IMG/VR virus record: IMGVR_UViG_3300011337_000444
Location: 6,383-70,382 of that record
DNA from: a virus
Taxonomy: Duplodnaviria; Caudoviricetes
Direction: 5' to 3' (one strand)
Length of the DNA: 64,000 nt
Below are positions 1 to 9,574 of the stretch, one piece after another (positions within the stretch are counted from its first letter, which is position 1; each line of letters opens with the position of its first letter). The translations under genes and the position numbers were made by a program. The notes below the pieces were generated by a model. The model was not told the DNA's origin. It did not search any database and worked only from the letters and a program-made list of their open reading frames with translations.

Positions 1-130
1 GAATAAAAATTTTATTGGGATTGAGAATAATATTGATTATTTTAATATTTCTTTAAAGAGGGTGGAAGAAAAAAGAAAAGAAAAAGATTTTAACGTAGTA
101 ACTTCATTCGGAGATGGAATGTAGTATTAC

Positions 131-167
131 TGCTAACATTATATTACCGCAATTCAATTTTTTGCAC
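131..167 (+). repeat. Cassette-array end site, copy 1 (CTAAC-A-N-TATATTACCG-N-AATTCAA-W4-TTGCAC)
   Basis: 30/35 identity to 61677..61711; related copy on the minus strand at 50679..50716. Confidence 0.7.
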
Positions 168-186
168 CAATTATAAATCATTAATT

Positions 187-414
187 ATGAATGAATTAGA
201 AGAAAAAGTAATAAGTAGGTTGCACAATTTGAGTACGGAAAACCAACTATCAAACGAATGTTTAGTGCAAATAATTGAAGTATGTGGTTTATATTTGAAC
301 CTTTGTACAATAAGTAAATACGCAAAGGATAATAACATGAGTTATAACGGTGTTAAAAATCATAGAGAAGTAAAGAATATTTTAGGAGTTAAATTTGTTA
401 TTGATAATGATTAG
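187..414 (+). CDS. Small hypothetical protein, possible HTH DNA-binding protein
   Basis: 75 aa; TISKYAKDNNMSYNGVK resembles a short HTH. Confidence 0.55.
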   Translation: MNELEEKVISRLHNLSTENQLSNECLVQIIEVCGLYLNLCTISKYAKDNNMSYNGVKNHREVKNILGVKFVIDND

Positions 415-415
415 T

Positions 416-769
416 ATGGAACAGAAACTAAAAATAATAGATGAGATTGTAAAGTTGCATCCATCTTTAGGAGTAGATAAAGGTTGGAGTTATTATACAG
501 GAGGAATAAAAGATTCTGGGGATTGGTATTTAAGAAAAATGTTAGATGTATCAATAGATGAATTGCAATTGTTTTTAGATAATATAAACCAAAAAACTAC
601 TACTTTTAATAATACAGTAATAGATGATGTTTTAGAAATACAGGTAAATGGAGTAAATTTTAAAATGAAAAAATCTGAACAAGAAGCCTTAAATGAATTT
701 TATAATAAATCAGAAATACACGCCATAGAACATTGGTATAAACTCATCAATACACAATTAGAAAAATGA
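416..769 (+). CDS. Hypothetical protein
   Basis: ORF 395..769; ATG at 416 directly after the previous stop is the likelier start; overlaps the next start. Confidence 0.65.
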   Translation: MEQKLKIIDEIVKLHPSLGVDKGWSYYTGGIKDSGDWYLRKMLDVSIDELQLFLDNINQKTTTFNNTVIDDVLEIQVNGVNFKMKKSEQEALNEFYNKSEIHAIEHWYKLINTQLEK

Positions 770-2832
770 TTGATTACGTAAAAAAAATGCAGTCTTTAGG
801 TTTTAGTGTATTCCCACTAAACACAAAGAAGGAGCCTAACTTCAAGAAGGGAGGAGAGATAAACAGTTATTCATGGATGGACTTTAATGTAAAGACTAAT
901 CCATTTCCTATAACAGAGAATACCGAAAGTAATTTTATTTTCTTAGGTATAGGATGTGGGGATATGAGTAATAACTTAGAGGTTATTGATGTTGATAGCA
1001 AGTATGAGTTGGATCAAGACCTATGGGGAGAATTTAAAGTATTGTTGCAGGATAATTTAGAGGTTTTTGATAAATTGTGCATCGTGCAGACTGTTTCCAA
1101 AGGATACCACGTTATGTACTACTGTGATACTATACAGGGAAACCAAAAGTTAGCGCAAAGGTATCTTTCAAGAGATGAAAAAAACGCTCACTACGTTAAA
1201 CTTACACAAGAAGATAAGATTGATAAGGAAAAAGCTAAAAACCAAGCACAAACAAAGAAACTTACCTTAATTGAAACTAGAGGGCAGGGAGGATATGTTG
1301 CTACGTATCCAAGTGAAGGTTACACAATTATCCAAGGCTCAATGGAAACAATACCTACCATAACTTCCGAAGAGAGAGATATAATCATGTGCTGCGCAAA
1401 AGCAATGGATTTAATTGAAGAAGAAAAGGTAGAAGAAAAGAAAGTTGCTTTGCCGGTATGGGAAGAAGGAAAAAAACCTTGGGAAGCGTATAATGAACAA
1501 ATGAGTGCAGAGGATATGGCTAGTTTATTTGTTTCTAATGGTTACACAATTCCTTTACGAGTAAAAGATAGGATATACATCAAACGCCCAGGAGGTAAAT
1601 CACAGTCAGGTAATATTCGTATTCACGATAAAATTTTTGTAGGTCACTCTAGTAATATACCTTTTGAACCACAAAAAGGATATAGTGCATCAGGTGTATT
1701 TACCATGTTAGAATGTAACGGAGATTTTTCACTTGCAGGAAGAAAGTTACTTGAAATGGGTTTTGGAGATAAACCAAAGAAGAAGCTATCAAATGATTTT
1801 GAGATTTTATCGGAGAAGTTTGAACCGGATAATTACGTAGCTAAAGTAAACTCCAATAGAGATACTATTGAAAAATTCCTACGTGGCGAATTTGGTATGG
1901 GATTACCTACTGGTTATGAATTACTAGATGAATATTATAGATTTAAGTTAGGTAAGTTTGATGTATTCTTAGGACATGAAAATATTGGTAAATCAACTGT
2001 TTTGTGGAATATGATGGTAGTAGCGAATGTGCTACACAATTGGAGAGGGATTATTTATTCAACAGAAAATGATCCATGGGTAATACAAAAACAAATGATG
2101 GAGTTTTTAGTAGGTAAGCAAATGAGTTTGTTTACAGAAAATGAAAAGGAACTCGCTTATAAATGGTTTGATGAAAATTTTGTGATTATTGATAATGAAA
2201 AACTTTTATCGTATAATCAAATTACGCAGGTAGCAGAATCATTTTTATTAAAAAAAGAATACCACGTACTAATGATAGACCCATACAATACCTTATCCTA
2301 CAATTGGGAAGGATTGGATAGAAGAATGGGTACACATGAATATCATCACCACGTGGCTACACAATTCAAACAATGGACAAAAAACATGAATTGCAGTATA
2401 TGGTTATCTATGCACCCTATTACAGAAGCAATGAGAGTGGTAGAAACAACTGGTGAATTTAAAGGTATGCGTAAACCTCCTATTTCTTCACACGCAGAGG
2501 GTGGTGGTAAATGGGTAGCTAAAGCAGATAACTTTATTGTATTACATAGATACACTAAACACGCAACTATGAGGAACATTACATTTTTTGATGTCCAAAA
2601 GGTTAAAGAAACATTTACAGGCGGTAAACCAATGATTGAAGGTAGTGCTTTTAAAATGACTTTAACGAATTACGGTGGCTTTGTTGGGTTTTTTGATGAA
2701 AAAAATTCTTGCCCTTTGCAAGGAATATTCAGAAAAAGATTTATCTTTGGAGAGCAAACAGAAATTCCCAATGATGAACAACCAAGAAGTAGATTATCCA
2801 AATGGTCAGACGACATAAAAGCCCCATTCTAA
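766..2832 (+). CDS. Bifunctional primase-polymerase (Prim-Pol) fused to a DnaB/RecA-type helicase
   Basis: N-terminal LEVIDVD, TVSKGYHVMY and IETRGQGGYV Prim-Pol motifs; C-terminal Walker A GHENIGKST, Walker B LMIDPYN, then LSMHP and ADNFIVLHR. Confidence 0.88.
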   Translation: MIDYVKKMQSLGFSVFPLNTKKEPNFKKGGEINSYSWMDFNVKTNPFPITENTESNFIFLGIGCGDMSNNLEVIDVDSKYELDQDLWGEFKVLLQDNLEVFDKLCIVQTVSKGYHVMYYCDTIQGNQKLAQRYLSRDEKNAHYVKLTQEDKIDKEKAKNQAQTKKLTLIETRGQGGYVATYPSEGYTIIQGSMETIPTITSEERDIIMCCAKAMDLIEEEKVEEKKVALPVWEEGKKPWEAYNEQMSAEDMASLFVSNGYTIPLRVKDRIYIKRPGGKSQSGNIRIHDKIFVGHSSNIPFEPQKGYSASGVFTMLECNGDFSLAGRKLLEMGFGDKPKKKLSNDFEILSEKFEPDNYVAKVNSNRDTIEKFLRGEFGMGLPTGYELLDEYYRFKLGKFDVFLGHENIGKSTVLWNMMVVANVLHNWRGIIYSTENDPWVIQKQMMEFLVGKQMSLFTENEKELAYKWFDENFVIIDNEKLLSYNQITQVAESFLLKKEYHVLMIDPYNTLSYNWEGLDRRMGTHEYHHHVATQFKQWTKNMNCSIWLSMHPITEAMRVVETTGEFKGMRKPPISSHAEGGGKWVAKADNFIVLHRYTKHATMRNITFFDVQKVKETFTGGKPMIEGSAFKMTLTNYGGFVGFFDEKNSCPLQGIFRKRFIFGEQTEIPNDEQPRSRLSKWSDDIKAPF

Positions 2833-2874
2833 TACGTACACAATTAATCTTAATATAAACTAAATCTAAATGTT

Positions 2875-3543
2875 ATGGCTAGAGGAAATCAGCAAACAGA
2901 CAATTACGCTAACTTATATGTGAAGTTAGTAGGCTTGAAAAAAGGAAGCAAGGAGTGTTTCTTTGAGTTTAAGAAAAAAGATGGCGACAAGTATGTTGTT
3001 ATCGAAAATAATAACGCCTTTGATGGTGGTGTTGAAAAAATCGGTTACAAAGAAATCGAAGTAGAGGGTAAGAAAAAACCTGTACTAGAGATTATCTTAC
3101 GTGATGATTTTGCACAGGAAAGATACTTATTAAACTTAGGTATGACTAACGTATCAAGACAATTAATTTCATGTTTAACTACTGCTGATAAGATTGAATC
3201 TTTATCGTTTTGGACAAAGATGGGTGATGCAGGTTTCCCAGTATTTGTAACTAAAGCAAATGGTAGTAATGATAAACTACAATGGGGTTTAGATATGAAG
3301 GCATTAACCGAGAAGTATGTAACTGAACATAAAATCGCAGGAGATATTATTCGTGATTATACTGAATTGGATAAATACTTATTAGGAACTGTGTTACCTA
3401 CGGTTATCGAAAAAGTAGTTGGTTTACCTAAAGCAAGTATAATGACCGCAAAGGATCCTATTGAGCAAGTAACTAAACCTGATATTTACAAAGCATCAGA
3501 GGAATCTTCTTACGAGGAAGAGGATGGTGATTTACCATTTTAA
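2875..3543 (+). CDS. Putative single-stranded DNA-binding protein
   Basis: Follows the helicase; beta-rich N-terminus and acidic tail ending EEEDGDLPF. Confidence 0.65.
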   Translation: MARGNQQTDNYANLYVKLVGLKKGSKECFFEFKKKDGDKYVVIENNNAFDGGVEKIGYKEIEVEGKKKPVLEIILRDDFAQERYLLNLGMTNVSRQLISCLTTADKIESLSFWTKMGDAGFPVFVTKANGSNDKLQWGLDMKALTEKYVTEHKIAGDIIRDYTELDKYLLGTVLPTVIEKVVGLPKASIMTAKDPIEQVTKPDIYKASEESSYEEEDGDLPF

Positions 3544-3558
3544 TTAAATTTTTAATAG

Positions 3559-3649
3559 TAGCGTACCTTCGGGATGTCAGGCTTCACATGGTAAAATCTT
3601 GTGTACAGAGAAAGAAGCCCTTAGCAAACTTAATACCTACGCTATTTTT
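3559..3649 (+). ncRNA. Candidate structured RNA / multi-branched terminator after the SSB-like gene
   Basis: Outer stem TAGCGTA/TACGCTA, cUUCGg hairpin, inner stem GGCTTC/GAAGCC, then a T-tract. Confidence 0.4.
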
Positions 3650-3669
3650 ATTCATACACAATTAGCAAA

Positions 3670-4071
3670 ATGACAAAAGAAAAGGCACTAGAAATTTATA
3701 TGGGTAGCTTCAAGGATGCTAAACAAACCCATTTTGAGTTCATTTGGGGAGTAATACACTCAACGAATAAAGAACAAGATTACAGAATCTTTGTTGATGA
3801 TTTTAATTCGATATTAGAAAGGAATTTCAAGTATGCGGATGTAAAAGCTCAAAGACAATTCAAATCACTTAGAAAAGCAGGATATACAGCCGAAGATGAT
3901 TTAAAAGTATTTAAAGCATTAAGGGATGATAGTTTCCATATGGAATCAGATTATAAATACTGTACTCCCGAATACATTTCTAGGATGAATATCTATGAGA
4001 AATACCGTAATCAATACAGAGAAGAAAAGAAAATAGATTTAAAAAAAGTAATAGGTAATCCATTTAAGTAA
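3670..4071 (+). CDS. Hypothetical protein resembling the conserved C-terminal domain of phage replication proteins
   Basis: GYTAEDDLKV...KYCTPEYISRMNIYEKYRNQ resembles the Phg_2220_C-type pattern. Confidence 0.45.
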   Translation: MTKEKALEIYMGSFKDAKQTHFEFIWGVIHSTNKEQDYRIFVDDFNSILERNFKYADVKAQRQFKSLRKAGYTAEDDLKVFKALRDDSFHMESDYKYCTPEYISRMNIYEKYRNQYREEKKIDLKKVIGNPFK

Positions 4072-4072
4072 T

Positions 4073-5293
4073 ATGAAAAAATATAACGTACTATCTGCCT
4101 TCAACGGAATGAGTTGTGGATATATTGCCTTATCTGAATTAGGATTTGATATTAATAAATATTACATTTCCGAAGTTGATAAACACGCAAATAAAATAGC
4201 GGAATTGATTTATCCTGAAAGTATCTTTTTAGGCGATGTTAGAAAAATTGATGTAGCACAATTAGAAACGATTGATATTGTATTAGCAGGTTTTCCTTGT
4301 ACCGATTTATCCTTTGCAGGTAAAAAATCAGGATTGATTTGTGAGGGATTGGATGAATATATGGAACTAAGGGAGGAATACCTACAAACTAATGATGAAA
4401 ACCTTTATTTTTATAACGGTAAATTCCAACAGTCAATTTTGTTTTATGAGTTTCTACGTATTTGGAATGATGTAAAGAAAATTAATCCTAACGCATTGTT
4501 TTTAGTGGAAAATGTAAAAATGAAACAAACAGAGGAATTAAAGATTAGTAAGTTATTAGGTATGCACCCAATTAGTATAAACGCTAAATTAGTAAGCGCA
4601 CAATCACGAGATAGATTATTTTGGACTAATATTGCTAATAAGCCTTTAGGTATGTTTGGAGATATTTATATTGATATTCCACAACCTAAAGATAGAGGGA
4701 TTTATTTAAAGGATATTTTAGAGGACCAGGTGGATGAAAAGTATTTTTTGAGTGAGAAAATTGTACAAGGATTTTTAAAGCACAAAGAAAGGCATAAGGA
4801 AAAAGGTAACGGTTTTGCTTTTGAGCCGAAAGATGTTATGCAGAAATCTAACACGTTAAAAACAATGGAGGGTAAAAGAAACACAGATACCTACATCAAA
4901 ATTGACAAAAAAGGTAATATTAAATCAAATCAGGATAAAGCAAGTTGTTTTACAGCAGGTGGAAATAGTGGAGGAAATCACTCTGATATGGATTTAATCA
5001 TAACCCACAACCTACAACCACGTTCGGGTAAAGGTAAAGGCGGTAAAGGGCATTTAAGTAAAACCGATCAAAAAAGTTATTGTTTGGATACTGGAAATAG
5101 TCAAGGTTTGGAGATAATTGGTAAATCCAACATCCGTAGATTAACCCCACGCGAAGCAGGAAGATTACAATCAGTACCAGAACCTATTTTGGATTTAATG
5201 TTAAGTAGCGGTGTAAGTGATACGCAACTCTATCGTTTGTTCGGGAATGGGTGGTGTATAGAGGTTATTAAACACATTTTAAATTTTATATAA
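4073..5293 (+). CDS. C5 cytosine DNA methyltransferase
   Basis: Motif I VLSAFNGMSCG, catalytic AGFPC, ENV, QSRDRLFW, RRLTPREAGRLQ and FGNGW. Confidence 0.93.
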   Translation: MKKYNVLSAFNGMSCGYIALSELGFDINKYYISEVDKHANKIAELIYPESIFLGDVRKIDVAQLETIDIVLAGFPCTDLSFAGKKSGLICEGLDEYMELREEYLQTNDENLYFYNGKFQQSILFYEFLRIWNDVKKINPNALFLVENVKMKQTEELKISKLLGMHPISINAKLVSAQSRDRLFWTNIANKPLGMFGDIYIDIPQPKDRGIYLKDILEDQVDEKYFLSEKIVQGFLKHKERHKEKGNGFAFEPKDVMQKSNTLKTMEGKRNTDTYIKIDKKGNIKSNQDKASCFTAGGNSGGNHSDMDLIITHNLQPRSGKGKGGKGHLSKTDQKSYCLDTGNSQGLEIIGKSNIRRLTPREAGRLQSVPEPILDLMLSSGVSDTQLYRLFGNGWCIEVIKHILNFI

Positions 5294-5294
5294 C

Positions 5295-5876
5295 ATGAAA
5301 AAAACAGTACAAGTTGATTTCTCTGGCGGAGAATTTATCATCAAATTTAGAAAGATTGATGAACTACAAGAAAAAGTAGATTTATTAAGAAACAGTTTAA
5401 AGCGAGAAGCAAACACAATTAGAGGTATTTTAAACGAATACCACAACACAGATGTAGAGGTTAACGGTAGAGAAATAACTTACAGCGAAGTATTATCCGA
5501 TAACGCTAAACGTTTAATCCATAACAGTAGCCAAGTTACTAATAACTTAGAGCTGATGGAAATTGAAGTTATGCGCCCTAAAGTAGATTACTTTGAAAAG
5601 ATAGTACAATGGGGTAAGGATAAAGGGATATTAGATCATGGAACGGTGGCTATGCAATTCGCTAAAATAATCGAAGAAGTAACCGAACTAGGCGAAGGTA
5701 TAGAGAATGAATCCACAGAAGAGATAGAGGATGCAATCGGTGATATAGTTGTCGTATTAACGCTCTTATCTAAAATGTGTAATATGAATATCGAAGATTG
5801 CATAAAGAGTGCTTACAATGTAATTAAGAACAGAACCGGTCGAATGGAGAATGGACAGTTTCTAAAAGATAAATAA
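5295..5876 (+). CDS. MazG-like NTP pyrophosphohydrolase domain protein
   Basis: C-terminal QFAKIIEEVTEL...EIEDAIGDIVVVL all-alpha EExxE/ExxD pattern. Confidence 0.85.
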   Translation: MKKTVQVDFSGGEFIIKFRKIDELQEKVDLLRNSLKREANTIRGILNEYHNTDVEVNGREITYSEVLSDNAKRLIHNSSQVTNNLELMEIEVMRPKVDYFEKIVQWGKDKGILDHGTVAMQFAKIIEEVTELGEGIENESTEEIEDAIGDIVVVLTLLSKMCNMNIEDCIKSAYNVIKNRTGRMENGQFLKDK

Positions 5877-6488
5877 ATGAGAACTAAAATAAACATGGTA
5901 GGCAAAACCTATGGAAAATTACTAATACTTGAAGAGGTTAAAGAAAGAGATAGCTACGGATATATTTTATACAAATGTAAATGTTCCTGCGGTAAAGAAA
6001 AAATAATTCGAGGTCACAATATAAGGTCAGGAAACTCTTTATCGTGTAGTTGTTCGAGGATTCAACCAAACTTAAAGCACAATATGTCATATACTGCAGA
6101 ACATAACGCATGGAGAAGCATGAAGAAAAGGTGTAAGAATAAAAACGATCCAAGATATGAAGATTACGGAGGAAGAGGAATAAAGGTTTGTGATAGATGG
6201 ATTAATTCTTTCGAAAACTTCTTCGAAGATATGGGTTATAAACCAAGTAAAAGCCATTCCATTGAAAGAATTAATAACGATGGCGATTACGAACCTTCAA
6301 ATTGTATTTGGGCTGATGTTAAAACACAAGCTCGTAATAAGAGAACTTCTATGAAAATTTTATACGAAAACAAAATTATAGATATTTTTTTATTTAGTGA
6401 AATAATGAACTTATCTGTGTCGGGAGCTAAGAAACGTATTTTTAGAAATTACAAACTCACTGATGGAATATATTTGAAATATAAATAA
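5877..6488 (+). CDS. Free-standing HNH-type homing endonuclease
   Basis: YKCKCSCG, YGGRGIKVCDRW and SIERINNDGDYEPSNCIWA are typical of phage HNH endonucleases. Confidence 0.85.
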   Translation: MRTKINMVGKTYGKLLILEEVKERDSYGYILYKCKCSCGKEKIIRGHNIRSGNSLSCSCSRIQPNLKHNMSYTAEHNAWRSMKKRCKNKNDPRYEDYGGRGIKVCDRWINSFENFFEDMGYKPSKSHSIERINNDGDYEPSNCIWADVKTQARNKRTSMKILYENKIIDIFLFSEIMNLSVSGAKKRIFRNYKLTDGIYLKYK

Positions 6489-6521
6489 AATCTATAAATA
6501 AAAGTTTTAATATAAATAAAT

Positions 6522-6551
6522 AAAATAGGTTTTCTTAGGGGAGCCTATTTT
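6522..6551 (+). terminator. Intrinsic terminator
   Basis: AAAATAGG...CCTATTTT stem after the HNH gene. Confidence 0.6.
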
Positions 6552-6574
6552 AGTTTAATAAATTTGATAAAAAT

Positions 6575-7696
6575 ATGAATATGAAAGATTTTCCAAAGGA
6601 ACTTGCACACTTAGAGAAGTACGATAAATACTGCAAAAAACTAAAAGAAGGAGTATATGGCTTCTTTATTAATCAGTTTAATGAGGATGGTACAAAAAAT
6701 CCAGACTGGTATGAGTTTAGAGTAAACACATTAGGCGCATCAGAAACCGCAACCGCTTGTGAAGGTGGGTACGATGAATACGGAGTACGAGCAAAATTAT
6801 TTTGGAGTAAGATAGGTAAAAAGTTTCCCGAAATTAAATCTAAATTTACTTTTTGGGGATTAGAATTAGAAAAAAATGTTGCCAACGCATGGGAATATTA
6901 TGATGCTACACCCGAAGGTTATATTGATAACAGATATGCAGGACAAAAGGTACGTAATTACCAAGAATTAAATTGTTATGCAATTAACATTAAATACCCT
7001 TACCTATCCGCTTCATTTGACTTCTTAGTACCCGAAGGGCAGGTTAACCCATTTACAGGTGAGATAATTGATTTCTCATACCCTTTAGAGATTAAAACTA
7101 TTTCAACTGCTGCTGCTGAAAAATACGAATTAGGTTTGCCGGTAAGATATATTTTCCAAACGCACCAACAAATGATTATTTGGGAGGTAGATTACTGTGA
7201 AATTGGCGCACTTAAAGGAGGTACTGATTTTGAAGTTTATCCTATTTACATGAATGAGGGTATTAAAGAAATGGTATTAACTGAAACTAAACAGTTTTGG
7301 GATTTGGTTGAAACTGCGCGCCCTATCTATTACGAATTAGAGTTTTGCTTTGATGAAAAGAAAAAGGAAGAGTACGTTGCACAATTAGATGCTTTAGAAC
7401 CTTCACCAGAACAAAACAAAGGCTACGAAGACTTTTGGAAGGAGAAGTACAGAGAAACTAGCGAGAAAAAAGAAAAGCAAGGAAACGAAGAGGATTGGGC
7501 TATTGCTGTTGGGTACAAAAAGATATTGGATCAAGAGAAGGAATTATCCGATAAAAAACAATTGTACAAAAACAATTTGCTTTACACAATGAAAGATTGT
7601 GAAGAATTAACCTTTGGTGAGAATGGTAGAGTAGTACACCGTAACCACGAAGGTAGTAGAACTTATTTTGGAGTAAATATTAAAAACTATAAATAA
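6575..7696 (+). CDS. YqaJ/lambda-exonuclease-like recombination nuclease
   Basis: LGASETA, WGLELE, LSASFDF, LEIKT and YIFQTHQQM motifs. Confidence 0.85.
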   Translation: MNMKDFPKELAHLEKYDKYCKKLKEGVYGFFINQFNEDGTKNPDWYEFRVNTLGASETATACEGGYDEYGVRAKLFWSKIGKKFPEIKSKFTFWGLELEKNVANAWEYYDATPEGYIDNRYAGQKVRNYQELNCYAINIKYPYLSASFDFLVPEGQVNPFTGEIIDFSYPLEIKTISTAAAEKYELGLPVRYIFQTHQQMIIWEVDYCEIGALKGGTDFEVYPIYMNEGIKEMVLTETKQFWDLVETARPIYYELEFCFDEKKKEEYVAQLDALEPSPEQNKGYEDFWKEKYRETSEKKEKQGNEEDWAIAVGYKKILDQEKELSDKKQLYKNNLLYTMKDCEELTFGENGRVVHRNHEGSRTYFGVNIKNYK

Positions 7697-8406
7697 TGAA
7701 AGAGAAAGACTTTAACAACAATTACTTAAAGGTTAAACAAAGGATTATTAACCTTAAAGAAAAAGGCGAATGGAATGTTTCAGTAGAAACAGATGTAATC
7801 AAACTTGATACAAGATTAGATGTTGCAGGAAAGCCGAAGCTATTCGCTATTGTAAAGGCGAAGTTAACCATAAACGGAATTGTGTATGAAGCACACGCAC
7901 TAGAAATAGAAGGCGTTGGTGATGTAAACTATGTACATTTCCTAGAAAACGCAGAAACTTCTGCTGTTGGTAGAGCAATGTCGTTTGCAGGTATTCCAGA
8001 AGAGGGAGTTTCAATGGATGATTCAAATGTAGCTACTAAAGAGGATATAGAATCCGCTAAAGAGCAAGTAAAGGATATTAATGCAGAGAAACGTAAGGAA
8101 GTTGCTAAAAAACTAATGGAAGAAGCTTTATCTAAGAAGCAATTAAAGTTAGATGTTACACCTGAACCAAAAAAGGAGGTTGCACAATTAGTAATACCTG
8201 TCTTCAAAGAAGTAACAGGAACTATAAGAGAGAAGAAAGATAGAGAAGAAGTAATCGCATGGTTACGTAAGGTAGGTAAGTTTGATGAAAACTTATTGAT
8301 AGGCGCAATGATTAAAGCTGAAATTTCTGTGAAGTTTAAATCATTTAATGATTTATTACACAAAGGAAGCTACAATGATTTATTAACTGTTTTTAAACAT
8401 TTGTAA
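7696..8406 (+). CDS. Rad52/Sak-like ssDNA annealing protein
   Basis: FLENAETSAVGRAM signature; adjacent to the exonuclease. Confidence 0.7.
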   Translation: MKEKDFNNNYLKVKQRIINLKEKGEWNVSVETDVIKLDTRLDVAGKPKLFAIVKAKLTINGIVYEAHALEIEGVGDVNYVHFLENAETSAVGRAMSFAGIPEEGVSMDDSNVATKEDIESAKEQVKDINAEKRKEVAKKLMEEALSKKQLKLDVTPEPKKEVAQLVIPVFKEVTGTIREKKDREEVIAWLRKVGKFDENLLIGAMIKAEISVKFKSFNDLLHKGSYNDLLTVFKHL

Positions 8407-8407
8407 T

Positions 8408-8815
8408 ATGGATGCTTTTAAACAAGAAAGATATAGAATGAATCAAGAGTATTATACACAATTAGCTAAATCAGGTAAATTCAACGAACTACCTAGCACT
8501 TGTGAATTTAGCGAACCAGTTAAGCTTTTAGTAAGTAACTTATATAGTAGTGAAAAGAAAGAAGCTTTGATTATTGGTAAATTAAAAGGTAGATTTTTTG
8601 AAGCTAACTTCCAAAATTGGCAAATTGCTTATACAATACAAGAACCTACTGAACATAAAGTAGGTGATGTGGTTGAAGTAGAAACAGAAAGCTTTGGATT
8701 CTTTTTCGGTATGATACACACTATAAATCAAAGAGGAGTTATCATAAGTTTTGGTAAACAATCAGGTACTTTAAGAATGATAACTGATATTAAATCAATT
8801 AAAAAACTAAAGTAA
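8408..8815 (+). CDS. Hypothetical protein, paralogue of the C-terminal half of 9575..10375
   Basis: YTQLAKSGKFNELPSTCEFSEPV versus YTQLAKEGRFGELPETCEFSEPV. Confidence 0.7.
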   Translation: MDAFKQERYRMNQEYYTQLAKSGKFNELPSTCEFSEPVKLLVSNLYSSEKKEALIIGKLKGRFFEANFQNWQIAYTIQEPTEHKVGDVVEVETESFGFFFGMIHTINQRGVIISFGKQSGTLRMITDIKSIKKLK

Positions 8816-9174
8816 TGGAAAAGAAAGTATTTTGTGAAATTATTGATAGGCTTGAAGTAAACTATTTTAAGTACCTAGAAAAAACAAGAGAGGTTTCTCG
8901 TGCTTTAGGTGGTACCGTTGATTTTATTGGTGGAGAGTTTATTGATGATACCTTAAAAATATTGCAGCAGATATATTCGCCTTTTATTGATGAAGATGGA
9001 AATGTTCATTGCACAATTGCCTACTATGTGTACGAACTAAACTTTGGAAGAAAGAATGAATACATTAATGAGTTAGCTATTACTCACAAGACACCTGATG
9101 GTGATAAGCAATACTACATTAAGAACTCTGGTGAGTTGTATGATTATTTGATGATTTATAACGGAATTGTGTAA
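8815..9174 (+). CDS. Hypothetical protein
   Basis: 119 aa ORF, TAATG coupling to the previous gene. Confidence 0.7.
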   Translation: MEKKVFCEIIDRLEVNYFKYLEKTREVSRALGGTVDFIGGEFIDDTLKILQQIYSPFIDEDGNVHCTIAYYVYELNFGRKNEYINELAITHKTPDGDKQYYIKNSGELYDYLMIYNGIV

Positions 9175-9565
9175 CAATCTTAAAATTTATATTGTGAAAA
9201 CAAAACTAATTAAACTAAACGAAGAACACTACATAATTGTAGATAATTCTGAAATTAAAGAAGGTGATTTCATGTATGATATTGATGGTGATATAGGAAT
9301 TGCTATCGGTAAAGACAAATCTCAATGGGAAGGTAATAGGAAAATAACCCATTCAACTAAACCATTAAGTTTTTTAAATGAAAGCGGTATTACGACTGCT
9401 AATTTAAAACCTGATTGGACTAAAATTAAACAACTATCTGGTTATAGTGTTGAAAAGATGGCTGAAAATAAGTGGACAGAATTTGACTTATTAATAAAAT
9501 CGCTACAACAACCTACTGAATGGGATGTTGAATTTGTAAATGGAAAATTAACTTTAAAACAATAA
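9167..9565 (+). CDS. Hypothetical protein
   Basis: ORF in the operon; true start may be GTG at 9194. Confidence 0.65.
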   Translation: MCNNLKIYIVKTKLIKLNEEHYIIVDNSEIKEGDFMYDIDGDIGIAIGKDKSQWEGNRKITHSTKPLSFLNESGITTANLKPDWTKIKQLSGYSVEKMAENKWTEFDLLIKSLQQPTEWDVEFVNGKLTLKQ

Positions 9566-9574
9566 ATTTATATT

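Noticed and set aside
5877-6488. HNH gene as part of a group I intron
   Set aside because: The flanking genes are each complete and different; no interrupted host gene or intron core was seen
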